Of a DNA stretch of 32,368 bases, positions 9,922 to 21,938 are shown piece after piece. The position numbers and the translations under genes are program-made. The notes beneath the pieces were generated by a model that was given only the letters and a program-made list of their open reading frames with translations, was not told the DNA's origin and ran no database searches. Each line of letters starts with the position of its first letter. The stretch's first letter is position 1. Source of the DNA: Saprolegnia diclina VS20 (Eukaryota); the NCBI RefSeq assembly GCF_000281045.1, contig NW_008246071.1:1211144-1243511 (forward strand). Reading direction: 5' to 3'.

Positions 9922-10012
9922 AGCCGTAATCGGAGTAGTGTCATGGAGACGACGACAATGGAAGGTAGCATCGCGTTATTCAACGCATGGTAGACGTCTA
10001 AGAAGAGGGGCT

Positions 10013-10683
10013 TTAGGCCTTGATTTCACCGCAGTCGTCGATCGTGACTTCCATACTACGAACATTTCAACATGAGCGCTTATCCTGAGAGCGCGAGGTC
10101 CGTACCGGGTCGCGCCGCTGGGGCTGCCCGTCGCTTCCATCTTCTCCAAGACATCCAAGCCTTCGACGACCTTGCCAAAGACGACATGGGCCTTGTCGAG
10201 CCACGGGCAGTCGACCGTGGTGAGGAAGAACTAAGCAATATGACTCATGACGATCAGCGAACACAGAGTGGTGGCGCGTACCTGCGAGCCGTTGGTGTTG
10301 GGACCGGCGTTGGCCATTGAGAGGATACCCGGGCCCTGGTGCTTGAGAAGGAAGGCTTCGTCGGCAAACTTTTCGCCGTAGATGGACTCGCCGCCCGTGC
10401 CGTTGCCGGCCGTAAAGTCACCGCCCTGGCACATAAAGTTGGGGATGATGCGGTGGAACTTGGAGCCCTTGTAGTGGAGCGGCTTGCCCGACTTGCCGAT
10501 GCCGGCCTCGCCCGTGCAGAGCTGGCGGAAGTTCTCGGCCGTCTTGGGGACCTTGTCGGCGCGGAGCTCGATGACGAGGCGGCCGACGGGCTTGCCGCCG
10601 GCGCCCACGTCGAAGAAGACCTTGGGGTTGGCGGGCGAGCTGAAGTGGCGGGCGAGGCCGAGCGTGCGACGGGTAGCTTGCAT
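10013..10683 (-). CDS. Cyclophilin-type peptidyl-prolyl isomerase, mitochondrial (CypD-like), 3 exons
   Basis: [65 protein letters not shown]. The presequence-like N-terminus is [16 protein letters not shown]. Confidence 0.95.
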
Positions 10684-10736
10684 CTTGGGCAACGAATTCG
10701 ATTCTATTCACTGCCACTCACGTGGGGCCAAGTCCA

Positions 10737-10760
10737 ATCCGGATAAAACGACATCCGGAT
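10737..10760. promoter_or_regulatory. Paired ATCCGGAT motif upstream of cyclophilin
   Basis: ATCCGGAT at 10737-10744 and 10753-10760; ATG (minus strand) at 10683. Confidence 0.55.
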
Positions 10761-10826
10761 ACACGCCCCAGCCAACTTCAACATCAGCATCGGCGGTCTT
10801 GTTGGCTTCAGTTATCGATGTGGGAT

Positions 10827-13800
10827 CTACGACGACGCGCCGGTACCGAGCACGAGGTACGGCGGCAGCGCAGCTTCGTCGATGTCTACGAGCGACCCAT
10901 CGGCGCGCACGAGCTCAAACGTGGGTGCTAGGACGCTCCCGACGCGCAGAGGCAGCAGCTTGAACCGCAGCGTCGTCGTCGTCTCCGGAGTAATGAGCTG
11001 CGACGCCTTGCCGGCGCAAGCCCACGCATTACTGGCCAGTCGCACAAAGCGCGTCTCGTCGCTTGATGGCACGTCAACTTGGAACTCGACGACCTTGCCC
11101 TGCACGAGCCACTCACGTTCGTTCAAGCAGGAGACGCGGACCGTCGCGCGCGGCTGCGACGGACGATGGACCGCCGCCGCACCCACGAGATCGACAGGGA
11201 AGTCCAGACTCGACGACTGACCATGGAGGACATAGGCCACGCGAACCGCCGCTGACGTGTGCGGCGGGATGCGGGCCCACTCGACGCGCAAGACGAAGCT
11301 GAGGCTAAAGGGTGATCCGGGGCGCAGGCGCAAATGACGCTCCATCTGCCGCAGTGGGTTGAAAGCGACCTAAGAAATGAGATTGAGAGGCAGATAGGAG
11401 GACGCGTGTGGTACCTCGATCCACGGCAGCGATTCGCTCAACACATTGAGTTCATTGCCGCCGTCAGTCGACACGATGAGCGCAGAGGCGGAAGGGTCGA
11501 CCTCGATCGGAGCGACGTCGTTGCAGACGAGCGGCACGTGGAGGAAGAGCTGATGGGACCGAGGCACACACGCCATCTCGGCGCGCAGCTGCATCGCATG
11601 CCGCACGGCGAATGCGTGGTCGATGGCAGTTGAAGACATGTAGACGAGGGTGCTGTCACTGTGATGGGCGTACGTGTACGAGAGCTCTGCGCAGAGCGTC
11701 GCCTGCGAGTCTTGAGGCGACAGACACACGGCAATAGCAATGGCAAAGCTACGCGTCGAGCGAGGCAGCGCCAACGTCAGCTTCCCTGTTGCCGCGCGTT
11801 GGCCTTCTACAGGTATCGCTGCGTCGTCGCCATCGTACCGAAGCACATGCCCGTCGAGCGGTATCGTCGTCGGGTCCTTCTCGGTCGACTGGACGAACAG
11901 TGCAAGGCTACCAGACTCCAAGACGTCGTCGTTCAACTCGACGCGAAGGGTCCAGCCGACGGTCATTTGAGGCGTGAGCAGCGGCGCCGCCTCGGCGCTG
12001 AGCACCAAGGAGCTCGCATACAGTGGCAACACGTCAAAGATGAGCGGCGTGTCCAGATCGAGGCTCAGAAGCTGATTGGCCATGCTGCAGGTCATGAGCG
12101 ACGCAACGTACGGGCCTGGCGTCAGTGGCGATCCGTCAGAGTGCAGCGTCACACTTGTCACCGCGTTGCCGGCAAGGACAAACGTCTCGCTGGGTAGCAC
12201 AAAACTCAAGTGTGTAGCTTCGTCCGCCGTCGGCTCCTTGTTCGCCAAACGAAACACCACTGCAATCTTCTCGAGGGGCAGCGGCCGAAGCAGACGATTC
12301 CGAATCCGCAGCACCATGGTTGGCTACAGAAGATACTCAGATCTCGCTGGCACAGTATGACGCATACCAGTGCGATCGACGCCGTCGGGAGCACGTGCAG
12401 CAGATCGTGCAATGGCACGGTTGTGACGGGCGCCAGCGTATCGAGCCAGAGCGTATGAAGACCCTTGTCGCTCTCTTTGCGCAGCCGATCGATCGACGGC
12501 TCGAGCTGTAGCCAGTGCAGACACATGGTGGCGGCCGCCGCAGCGTCCTTGTTGCTTCTGTACACGTCGACGATCGCCGCTATCGACGCCTCCAGCGCGT
12601 CGCCCCATTGGTCCAGTTGCAGCTGGTGGACGTGCTTGAGGTACAAACTCGCGGCGCGATCGATCGACGTGGCGCTGGCCACGTCGTAGCGCGCACACTC
12701 GGCGCTGAGAAACGCTGCAAAGCGGAGGCGTCCCGCCGTCGCATAGTGCACCGAGGCCCAGTATGTCACTTGGTGCAGCGCCTCGGGTTGCAGGCACAGC
12801 GTGTACCAATGGCGGCCCGGGGTCGGCGACGTCGGCGGCAGCCGCTTGCACGCACGACGCGCAAAGTAGAGCAGTTCCCCGAGCGGCGCAGCGATGAGCG
12901 TCATCTGGGCTTGGTCGGCTTTGGGCCGCGAGACCTGGTACTGCTCAAACTCACTTTCGCACGAGACGGCGAGGGCGACCGCGGCGCCAATGGCCCATTG
13001 CAGCGGCAGTGTCGGAGGCAACGATTTTGTGAGTTGCAACAGCAGCAGAAACTGCGGGAGAAAGAGCAAGCTGCGGGCACACACGGCCACGTAATCGTGG
13101 CGCTGGTACAGAATGGCGACTTGGCGGCAAAAGAGATACAAGCGCACGTGCAGCGGCGACGCGGCGTTGACTGCTATCGACATGCGCACGACGACGAGGT
13201 CAATCTCAAACTAAAAACACGCAATTCCAAGACCAACGTGGAAGGACGGAGGCGTACGGGCGACGACGAGAAGATGGCGTCCGAGGCTTCCAGCACCGGG
13301 AGGTCGTTCAGCGCGGTGTGGTCGAGCGTCATAAAGATGGCCTCGAGCTCGTCGTACTAGAATTACCATGAGCGCAGGAACCGCGAAGACGCACGAGTTA
13401 CGTGGCGCAGCGCGTCATCGTACAGCGATGTCTGGCTGTACAGCAAGGCGAGACTCTCCTTGACTTGAAAGAACGAACTGAAATCCCAGCCCGAGAGCGA
13501 TCGCTGCACATTGTATGAGAGATGACGATGATGACGCGGTACCTTGGCGTCGAGGAGGCGCAGCTCTTCTTCGTACTCGCAACAGCGCGTCTCAAACGCC
13601 TCCATGATGCATGTTTTGAGTTTGAGGAGGAGCTCGGACCACTGCGCTTCGTGCTGCGGCTGCTGGCCGGGTGCGGCACCGACGACGGTGTTGCCTTCGA
13701 GCACCTCGATCTTGCAGAGCCGATCGAGCCGGTCGTTCTTGTCGCCAAAGTCGGCGCGGAGCTTCTCAAAAATCCTGCGGTAGACCTTGGACGAGTCCCG

Positions 13801-14354
13801 GAACGAGGTGCCAAATGCGCTGAGGCCACGGGACGCGACAGTCGTGGCGGCCGTTGTCGACGACGTGGCTTGCGTCCCGAGCGGCACGTACAAGACGAGC
13901 CACTCGTTCTTGAGGAGGTTCATGCGATCGACCCACGCGCTCAAGGCGGGTTTGATCTTGGTCTTGTACGTCGCGAGGTCCTCGCACTTGACGACAAAGA
14001 GGAAGACGAGGCCGGTTGGGGGCACACCGGTCGGCATCGCACTTGGCTGCTTGAGCAGCTGCGCCTGCGTGTGCACTTGGTGGAAGTGGATATACAGGCG
14101 GTCGATCGTCTTGTTCACTTGAAGGTGGTTCTTCCATGCAATGTTGCGCAGCGGAAGGCGCTCGTCCAGCGACGGCAGCACAAACTGCCAGACGTCGCCA
14201 TGGTCCTCAAAGTGGACGCTCACGCCTGCAATACGCCGAGGGTACGTGAGACCATCGACGCCATGGCGCACGTACCGCTCATGCCCGCGCTCGACGGGGC
14301 GCTCTTGAGCTGCGGCAGCTGCGGGACGCTGCCGTAGAACGACCGATCGCCCAT
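10827..14354 (-). CDS. TRAPPC10: TRAPP II complex subunit TRAPPC10/Trs130, multi-exon
   Basis: N-terminal LPLRNIAWK, VKCEDLATYK, EWLVLYV and IFEKLRADF; hallmark RSLSGWDFSSFFQVKESLALLY..LYDDALRHYDELE; C-terminal WLVQGK, WACAGK and LLPLRVG. Confidence 0.88.
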
Positions 14355-14392
14355 CTCGTGTCAAATCTTCGATGTCATCGCAGCCCGTCCCA

Positions 14393-14500
14393 TATCCGGT
14401 CGATACACATTATCCGTACCCTCTGGATCGGAGCGTATCCGGACCCCATGCGATTGGCGCGTTATCCGGATACCGTGCCAGAGGCTTTTGAATTTTCGAA
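14393..14500. promoter_or_regulatory. Divergent promoter (TRAPPC10 / kinetochore gene) with clustered TATCCGG motifs, a CCAAT/E2F-like site and CHR-like sites
   Basis: TATCCGGT 14393, TATCCGTA 14411, TATCCGGAC 14436, TATCCGGATA 14463; ATTGGCGCG 14453-14461; TTTGAA 14487 and TTCGAA 14495. Confidence 0.55.
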
Positions 14501-14508
14501 CAGGCAGC

Positions 14509-16124
14509 ATGTCGGACATCGCGTCGGTAGCCATGGCGCATGGCGATCTTCCTGACGTGGCAATGATGCGTAGAGCGGCCAAGAAGACGCGAGATGACGT
14601 CGCCAACAAGCGCCTAGAGACGCTGGATGCGGGCTTCGAAGAGGCTCTGGCGGTGATCCGCAACGACATCCTCGAGGTGCGCGATGCGGCGGGTGATGGC
14701 GATGAGGATGATGAGCTGTGGATTGCGCTCGTAGCTTGAGAAGGCGTTTGTCTTGAAGCAGATCAAGCAGCAGTTCTTTGACGACCTGAGCGCGGTGGGC
14801 TCACCGGAGGCCATGGCCGAGTTTGCAGCGAACGCCCAGATCGAGCGCGAGCAGGGCAAGACCATGATGCTGCAGAAAGAAAAGGACTTTGCGGCGGCGC
14901 TCGAAGCCCGGAGCGCGCTCAATACGCAGCTCGAGGCCATGCTTGCTGATGTGAATGCTCGCATCCAGTTGCTCACCAAGCGCATTGACGACACGGCGAC
15001 GCGCGCGGCGCTGAACGAATCTAAGCGTGACGAGTGGAAGGCGCTGCAGCGACTCAACACGCAGAAGAAGACGGTGCTCGAACTCACGTTCAAGCTCCAG
15101 ATGCCGAAAGATATGTCGTGCGCCGAGTTCGTACAGGCGCAGACCCAAGGCATTCAGGAAGACAACGACCGTGAGCGCATCCTCGAAGACCAAGTGCTGG
15201 ACCTTTCTGCCCAAACCAAGCAGTCGGAGTTGGCCCTTAACGCGCTTTTGCAAGAGGTATACCCGATCGCATTGAACTGGTTCACCTCATGATACTGCCA
15301 CCAGTCGGCGCGGCGCACGGAGGACGCACAGCTGCTCGATCGCGTCAACAAACACGAGCACCTCATCGAGATGGCGCGCTGGTGCATTCTAGATAGCGCC
15401 ACAATACGATCTTATTGGAGCGAGGTAGGTACGAGCAGATGACGGGCTTTGTCCAGAGCATCTCGGGCATCCACGTGCTTCCGAGCGACGGCGACAAAAT
15501 GCATGTCCGCATCCGCACCTTTACGCTCAGCCTCACGGTTGACGTGACGAACGGCACTGTCCAAGGCGCTACTGTAAGACACGGCGTCTTCGTATGTGAT
15601 TGATGACGTGACATGCAATAGCTGGCACCGGACACGGTCGACATTGCCGATTTGGTCGACATTGCCGTTGAAGAGAACGACGTGGCGTTGCTCCTGCGCG
15701 AAACGCGGCACCGCATCGCGAGCCACGAGAAGCTCGAGGCTGACGTGGCGACGCTGCAGCAGCAGTACGCGAACCCTCTTGGCGCTGGATGACGCGACGG
15801 GGTGACGTAGGGGCGTCATGTGCGAACGCACCAGCACCGATCGCGTGCAACTCACCGTGCGGAATACGCTCTACCACGTCGACACGAGCTGCGAATACGG
15901 CCATGTACGGTCGACCCATTGGTCTATAATGACGTGACAAATGTCGTTAGGCGAGCGAATGGCTCCACGTGCGCTGGATGAAGCCGAGCGACCCGCGACT
16001 TTTGGTATGGCATCTGTTTGTGACTGGCTATGCGACTGTGTATGCGTAGAACGTGATCAACAAGGAAGAGCAGTGTACGACGCTGCCGACGCTGGTCGAC
16101 CGCCTTTTGCAGCTGCACGCATAA
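14509..16124 (+). CDS. Coiled-coil protein with C-terminal RWD-like region; probable kinetochore Zwint-1/Sos7 homolog, ~7 exons or more
   Basis: A clean spliced ORF with GT-AG introns and a long coiled coil. LEKAFVLKQIKQQFFDDL resembles the Sos7 N-terminal motif. WYEQMTGFVQSISGIHV..LSLTVD..GTVQGATLAPDTVDIADLVDIAVEENDVALLLRETRHRI resembles the Zwint/Knl1-type tandem RWD. The gene is well supported; the identity is inferred from memory. Confidence 0.55.
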
Positions 16125-16192
16125 TATACGACCTACTGTCTTATAGCGTTTGGGATGTTTAGAGCTCGTTGTTCTTAGTGTTACATGCATCG

Positions 16193-19100
16193 TCACTCGG
16201 CCAACGCGCGATCTTCCAGCACGTCATCGTCGCTGTTCTGGTCCATGACTGGCGCAAGTCGAGTGAGCTCCACGCGAACGAGGCAGTTGCCATCAGCGAT
16301 GTACAGCGCTCCGTTCCGCTGGCAAATGCGTTCGCCCTCGATGGCGGCCGCCAGCACCGAGTTCATACTTGCGATGGGTGCCAACAACATGTCGCGCAGG
16401 TCGAGGCGGTGGAGAAGGCCCGCTGAGGTGAGCAAGAGCATGTCGTCGAGCAGGATCGCGGTTGTCGGGGACGGAGCGAGTGCGCACTGCCACAGCACAG
16501 TGCGGCGTTGGAAACAGCGGGCTTCGATGCCGCCGACCGCGCTGTAGAGGACCACCGAGTCTTCGTGCGGTGAGAGGAGGCCCCAGGCGTGGGCGGGCGG
16601 CACCTGTGGCAGCTTCCACGCATCCTGCAAGACCGAGCCGTGGCCAGTGTAGATGTGCACGTGGCTCTTTCCTGCCTGAGACGCCCACACGACGACGATG
16701 GCGTCGGTGGCTCCGGAGCAATGCAGGAGCTGGCCGCCGACTTGCGGATGGTTTTGCGACGATAAGGTTGAAGGATTTGCTTGGGCGCCAAAGGGCAGAG
16801 GCACCCACGTCACGTCCATGGAGGGAAGGGAGAGGAGCACGAGCTGCCCGAGCGTGTTGCCGACCAGCACCGTCGGCGCGTTGCGCAGAAAGGAGAGGAC
16901 GTCAGTGGAGACATCGGACGTGTACCGTCGCAAAAAGTTCTTGGACCGAGCTGTCTCGAGAGCCCACGGTTGACAGGTGGTGACGCTGCTGCCGTCGCTG
17001 CAGAGAACTCGGAGCTGGCCGTTGGGATAGCCCACGACGCATCCAAAGGCCGAGCTCGCGAACGCGGACGGCACTTGTGGCGGCAACGATGCGTGAAAAC
17101 AGCACTCGCGCAACGTCGTTGCGTCCCAAAGCCGCAGCGTCGAGTCGGCGAGCGTACCAATGTCGCCGGACGGGAGGACGCCGAGGCTCGTGATGGGCGC
17201 GGCGAGCGTGAGGTCGAGGAGCTGCCGTGTAAAAGCCGCGGGCTGTACCGACCAGACCGCGCCCGTTCTCGTAATGATGATCCCGTAGTCGTCGGCGTGC
17301 GAAGCTGAATGCCACGTCATCGACTGGACGGGCGCGTCGACGCGCAGAAGACTGCTCATGGCGCCACCAATAGGCGGGACGTTGGTGAGCAGCGAGAGAC
17401 CGTCGCGCTCCATCGCGTCCAGCGCCAGCGTCTCGCCGTCTGCCGCCAACACGAGCTGGTAGAGCCACACGTACGGCGCGTCGGCCGTGGCGACGGCCAC
17501 CGTCGTGTCGTTGCACCAGGCCAAATGGGCTACTGTGGACCGCTTGTGCGCCTGGAGCGTCGCAGAGCACACGATCGAGGTCGTCGAAGTATTTAAAAAG
17601 TGCACTTTGCTCGTCTCAGCGCTCCAGCCCAGAACCAACTCGCAGTGCCGACGGGCCTGCGATGACGCAATGAGCGTCAGGGAGACGTCGGTGCGGATGG
17701 GCACAGCAACGATGGCGTGGCCAGTCCACTTCCAGAACTGGACGGGGTGGGCTGTGACGACGTCGACCGTCGTATGGCCGAGCCACTCGATCTGGCAAGG
17801 CGCGTCGCTCAATAAAGCTATGGACGCTACAATGGTCTCGGTATCGAGGAGCAAGAGGTCGCCGCCAGCAATGCACCAGACGCGACGTGAGCTTTCAAAC
17901 GCAACGGACCGGACAGACGCGTCGACGGACGTTGTCGTCATCGTCATGGCGTCATTCAGCGAAACAAACGTCAGCGACGGCGTTGCGTCCCAGTAGACAA
18001 CAACGTCTTGGGCTGGGCCGAGGGCGAGCCCGAGGACGCGAGATGACGCTTGTCGACACGCGTGTCGGCTTGAGGACGGCGTCTCGATGACGACGCGGGA
18101 GCCCACCGCTCGGACGAGCGTTTGGTGCGCTGCCGACCACACGACAGGCGACGTCGCGTCCACGTTGAAGCCACGTACGCGCGTCATGACGGGTCTCCAT
18201 GGAATGTCAGACAAGACAATCGGACTCGGCGGCAGCTCCGAGATGGACTTGCGCCGTGACGGACGCTGCGTCGGCGTCGGTACGAGCTGTCGCGGCACAC
18301 CACCGTCCTCGTCTTCGTCTTCGGAGGTGTCGCCGAGGAGCTGGTTGTCGCTCTTGTGGTGCTGCTCAAACAAGGCGGCTTCGTCGATGGACGCCAACGC
18401 AGCCTCGGATAGCATGCTGTCCGTGTTGGTCGCGCGCAGGTCGTCCTCATACCCGAGGAAGCGCCAAAGAAGCAGCGCGGCGCTGCCGCCGATCGTCACC
18501 ACCCACTTGCCGTCTTGTGAGAAGAGAACGCGCTGGAGACCATGGCTCGGACCCGCAAACGACTGCGTCAGGCGGAGCTGCTGCGGGTGCTCGAGCATGA
18601 GCGCCTTGAGCGCACCGCCGTCGGCGCGGCCGTGTACAATGTATCGGCCAAACGGACTGTGCGCGAGGTCTCCGACACTGCCGTCGGCAATCGACGCCCA
18701 CGTCCGGGCTACGTCGCCGGTCGATGGCGCCATGAGGAGCAGCCGCTGCGACGATACGACAAGCACGAGCAGTTGCTGATGCTGGATGAACCCGAGCATT
18801 CGCAGTTGCATCGGGGCGCCTTTGCCGTCGCAGTATTGCAGCGACCGCTTGCGCCGCAGCGAGTACATGTCGAGGAGCTCAATGGACCTGCTGTCGGCGC
18901 CAGCGATCGCAAGGTACTGCAAGACGACGTCGACGCAGAACCGGCCGTTCGTGATGGGGTATGCGCCATGTACCGAGAGCACGGTGGACGAGTGGTGCTG
19001 GTAGCAGCACACTTGCTGGTCCTCGCCGCTCGAGTAGACGCTCTGGAGCCCGTACTGGACATCTAATATCGGACCAACATGCTGGTGGTACGTCTCGAGG

Positions 19101-21644
19101 ATCGTCATGCTCGGAATGTCAAAGATGCGCAGCATGCCCGAGGCAAAGCCGACCGCGATGCGCGCGTCGCTCGGGTGGTGCGCGATGCACGTGCCCACGC
19201 TCGCCTCGGTCTTGAACTCGTACGTCTGCAGCCCCGTCGGTACATCCCAGACGCGGATCGTCCGATCGAATGCGATCGACACGAGTGCGTCACTCTTGGG
19301 GCTCAACGCGATCGCAGAGATGGCCGCTGTGTGCGCGCGCTGCACAATGCTGTATGCGTGGCTGCTCACGTCAAGGATCCCGACCGTTCCGTTGGCGCAC
19401 GTCGCTATGGCTTCGAGGCCGTCGCCCGAGAGGTCGACCGAGAGGATCGCAGCTTCGTGGCGCGCCTCGAGGTAAAAGTCGGAGAAGTCCAGCGGCCACA
19501 CGCGCAGGAAGCCGTCGGCGCCGCCCGAGACACAGAAGCCCGCGTTCACCGCAAGACTGTGGATCGCTGCGTCGTGCAGCTTGTAGACGCACAGCAGCGC
19601 CATCGACGCGTAGTCAAGGACCAAGATGGTGCCGTGCGACGACGAGACGTACACGGGCCGACCGGGTGTGCTCGGTAGATCAAACGCAATGTCAGTAAAG
19701 AGCGCATCGCGGGCGTACTCGTGCAAGACGACGGGACACCCCGGCAGGTGCCCGGCCTTGACGCGCCAAAAGCGAATGTTTTCGCGGCCGCACGAGACGA
19801 GGCGGTCGCTGTCGTACGGCGAGAAGCGCAACGTGGAAATGGGAAAGTCCGACGTTTGTTTGGCGACGACTGGCAGCGTCGATAGCGGTGTCGACGAGGA
19901 CGTGGCACTCGCAGCGTCGTACACGATGAGCTGCGTGCGGTGCTGCGCGTCCTTGCCGACGACGACGAGCAGTGTGCCGCCGACAGCCAGCGCCACGACG
20001 CCGTGCACGTGGCCGCGCAGACACGCGACACAGCGCGACGTGGCCGTAGACCAGAGGCGTAGCGCTGGCGACGGTCCGACTTCGCATGTGATGGCCATGT
20101 GCATCGTAGGAGAGAGCACGAGGTGGCGAATGTCTCGGTCGTGCCCGTGCAAGAACGACATGGCCAAGGTGCTTGGACGACGCTCGGCGAGGACGAGCGT
20201 GGCGTCGCTGGCGTACAGAAAGGACTTGGAGGCGTGGCACCACAGCGCGCCGCCCGTGCAAGCTTGGGAAAGCCCCACGATGCGATCGAGCGCAAGGACG
20301 CGGTCGGGCCACATCAAGTTGGCTTTTGGAAGTATCCGCGGCCCGTACTTGCTCGGCGAGTAGTAGAGCTTGGGGCTTACCGGCGGCGAATTGGGCGCGG
20401 CAGATGCGGGCAACGGGCGCTGCAAGCCAGCTCGCTTCAAGATCAAATCGGCCTATGGGAGGATGCCATATATATCTATACATTTTCTATCGTGGACTAT
20501 ACCTTTTGGAGAACTGCGCTGCGATGCGTCTGTAGCTGCGCTTCGTGCTCGAGCTGCGAGAGCGGCAGGGGCGCCGGGGTGCTAGGCTCGCCGTCTTTCA
20601 ACGGCGCAGGCCTCTTTCGCGGAGAGGACGTCGTTTGCGGCTACCCTCGGTATCGCATGAGAGGCAAGCATTGGCGATGATATACCGATGCTGGTGGCGA
20701 GCTGCGAGCGGGCGATGCGAGCATGGCCGGCCGCAGAACGTCCTTGCTCGGTGTGGGTATGTCGATAGCGTCAAGTTGGTTGCTTGGAAGCCAGTGCCAG
20801 TCGTACGACAGCTCCCAAGCATGCGACTTGATTAGAGGCAGTTCCATGCCTTTTGGCAGCGTCTACAGCGCTTCAGATGTGGTTTTGCATCGTCGTCGAC
20901 GACCTCGGGCATGTAGAGAATATCGGACGTGTAGATGCCACGGATGCTCATCGAGCAGCAGAGCTGGACGCTCTATTCCACGAGCGTGTAAGCCCCTGGT
21001 GCATGCGAGGGCTCTCCGGTACCTTGAGGTAATCGTAGCCTTCGCGGTTGTAGGCAACGGACGTATGCAGCTCCAAGAGGCGGTGCATGTCCAGCGCGAG
21101 CACCGTCCACTTGTCGCCTAGTCTGCGTGTCCATGAGCTCCTCGGGTCTAGCTGCACTAGATGACAACGGAAGAGGTAGGCGAAGGTTCACGCCCATGCT
21201 GCGCACGCTCGAGTACATGGTGCTAAGCGAGAGGCGCAGCGCGGACCGTTTCTTCGTCACAATGTCCAAGTGCAGCGTCGCCGACTCGCCCGGCGCACGG
21301 TGGAGCTGCAGGTAGATGTAGCGCCCCGTGAGCTGAAGGCTATCGCCCTCGGCGGGCACGGACAGGTGGTTGGACGCAGCGATCTTGCCGCGGATGCGGA
21401 AGACCTTTCGCCGGATCGTCTTGTCCATGAGCTCGGCCACGTCGCCGCGCGTCGACGTCGCAAAAGAGCCTGCGCATACGAGCCGGAAGACGTCAGCGAA
21501 CGGATGCTGCCACACTACGCCATCAATGAGGTCCCTCCGTGGCGCTCGGACTGCGCACCTGGCATCGCTCAAGATCGCACGGATATGATTGGCTGTTTTT
21601 CCACCAATGGCATCGCTGCGGGAAGATCGCAAAGATTCCAACAT
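16193..21644 (-). CDS. WDR90: WD repeat protein 90 / POC16 (N-terminal CFA20/DUF667 domain + multiple WD40 propellers)
   Basis: VWQHPFADVF, MDKTIRRKVFRIRGKIAASNHL and LQLTGRYIYLQ mark the CFA20 domain. SCGRENIRFWRVKAGHLPGCPV and DGFLRVWPLDFSDFYLEARHE are typical of WDR90. The final exon is ~4.25 kb; the start codon is uncertain. Confidence 0.88.
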
Positions 21645-21938
21645 GGTTGCTGGTAAGATGCAGTGGCGCCATTCGGTCGAGCTGCACCGAATAAGTTCTG
21701 CAACCAGTTTCGGTCCAGCTGCAGACAGACGACAGACCACCGCAGTGATGTTGGCAGATCGCGTTGCTTGTTGACGGGCGCGCGCCAATCCGCCTCGTCC
21801 CCATCTCTACCACGGTCCACCGAGCAACACTCATCCGCAAGACTGCAAAGAAGACGAGGTGGAGGACGCACGCATACAGTCACGTTGGCCACACAAATCA
21901 CACACAGCGCGCTGCTATCTACAGACTATTCGAGTCGT

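Noticed and set aside
21646..21657. X-box-like GTTGCTGGTAAG next to WDR90
   Set aside because: The match is poor and immediately adjacent to the putative ATG, and RFX factors are not known from oomycetes.
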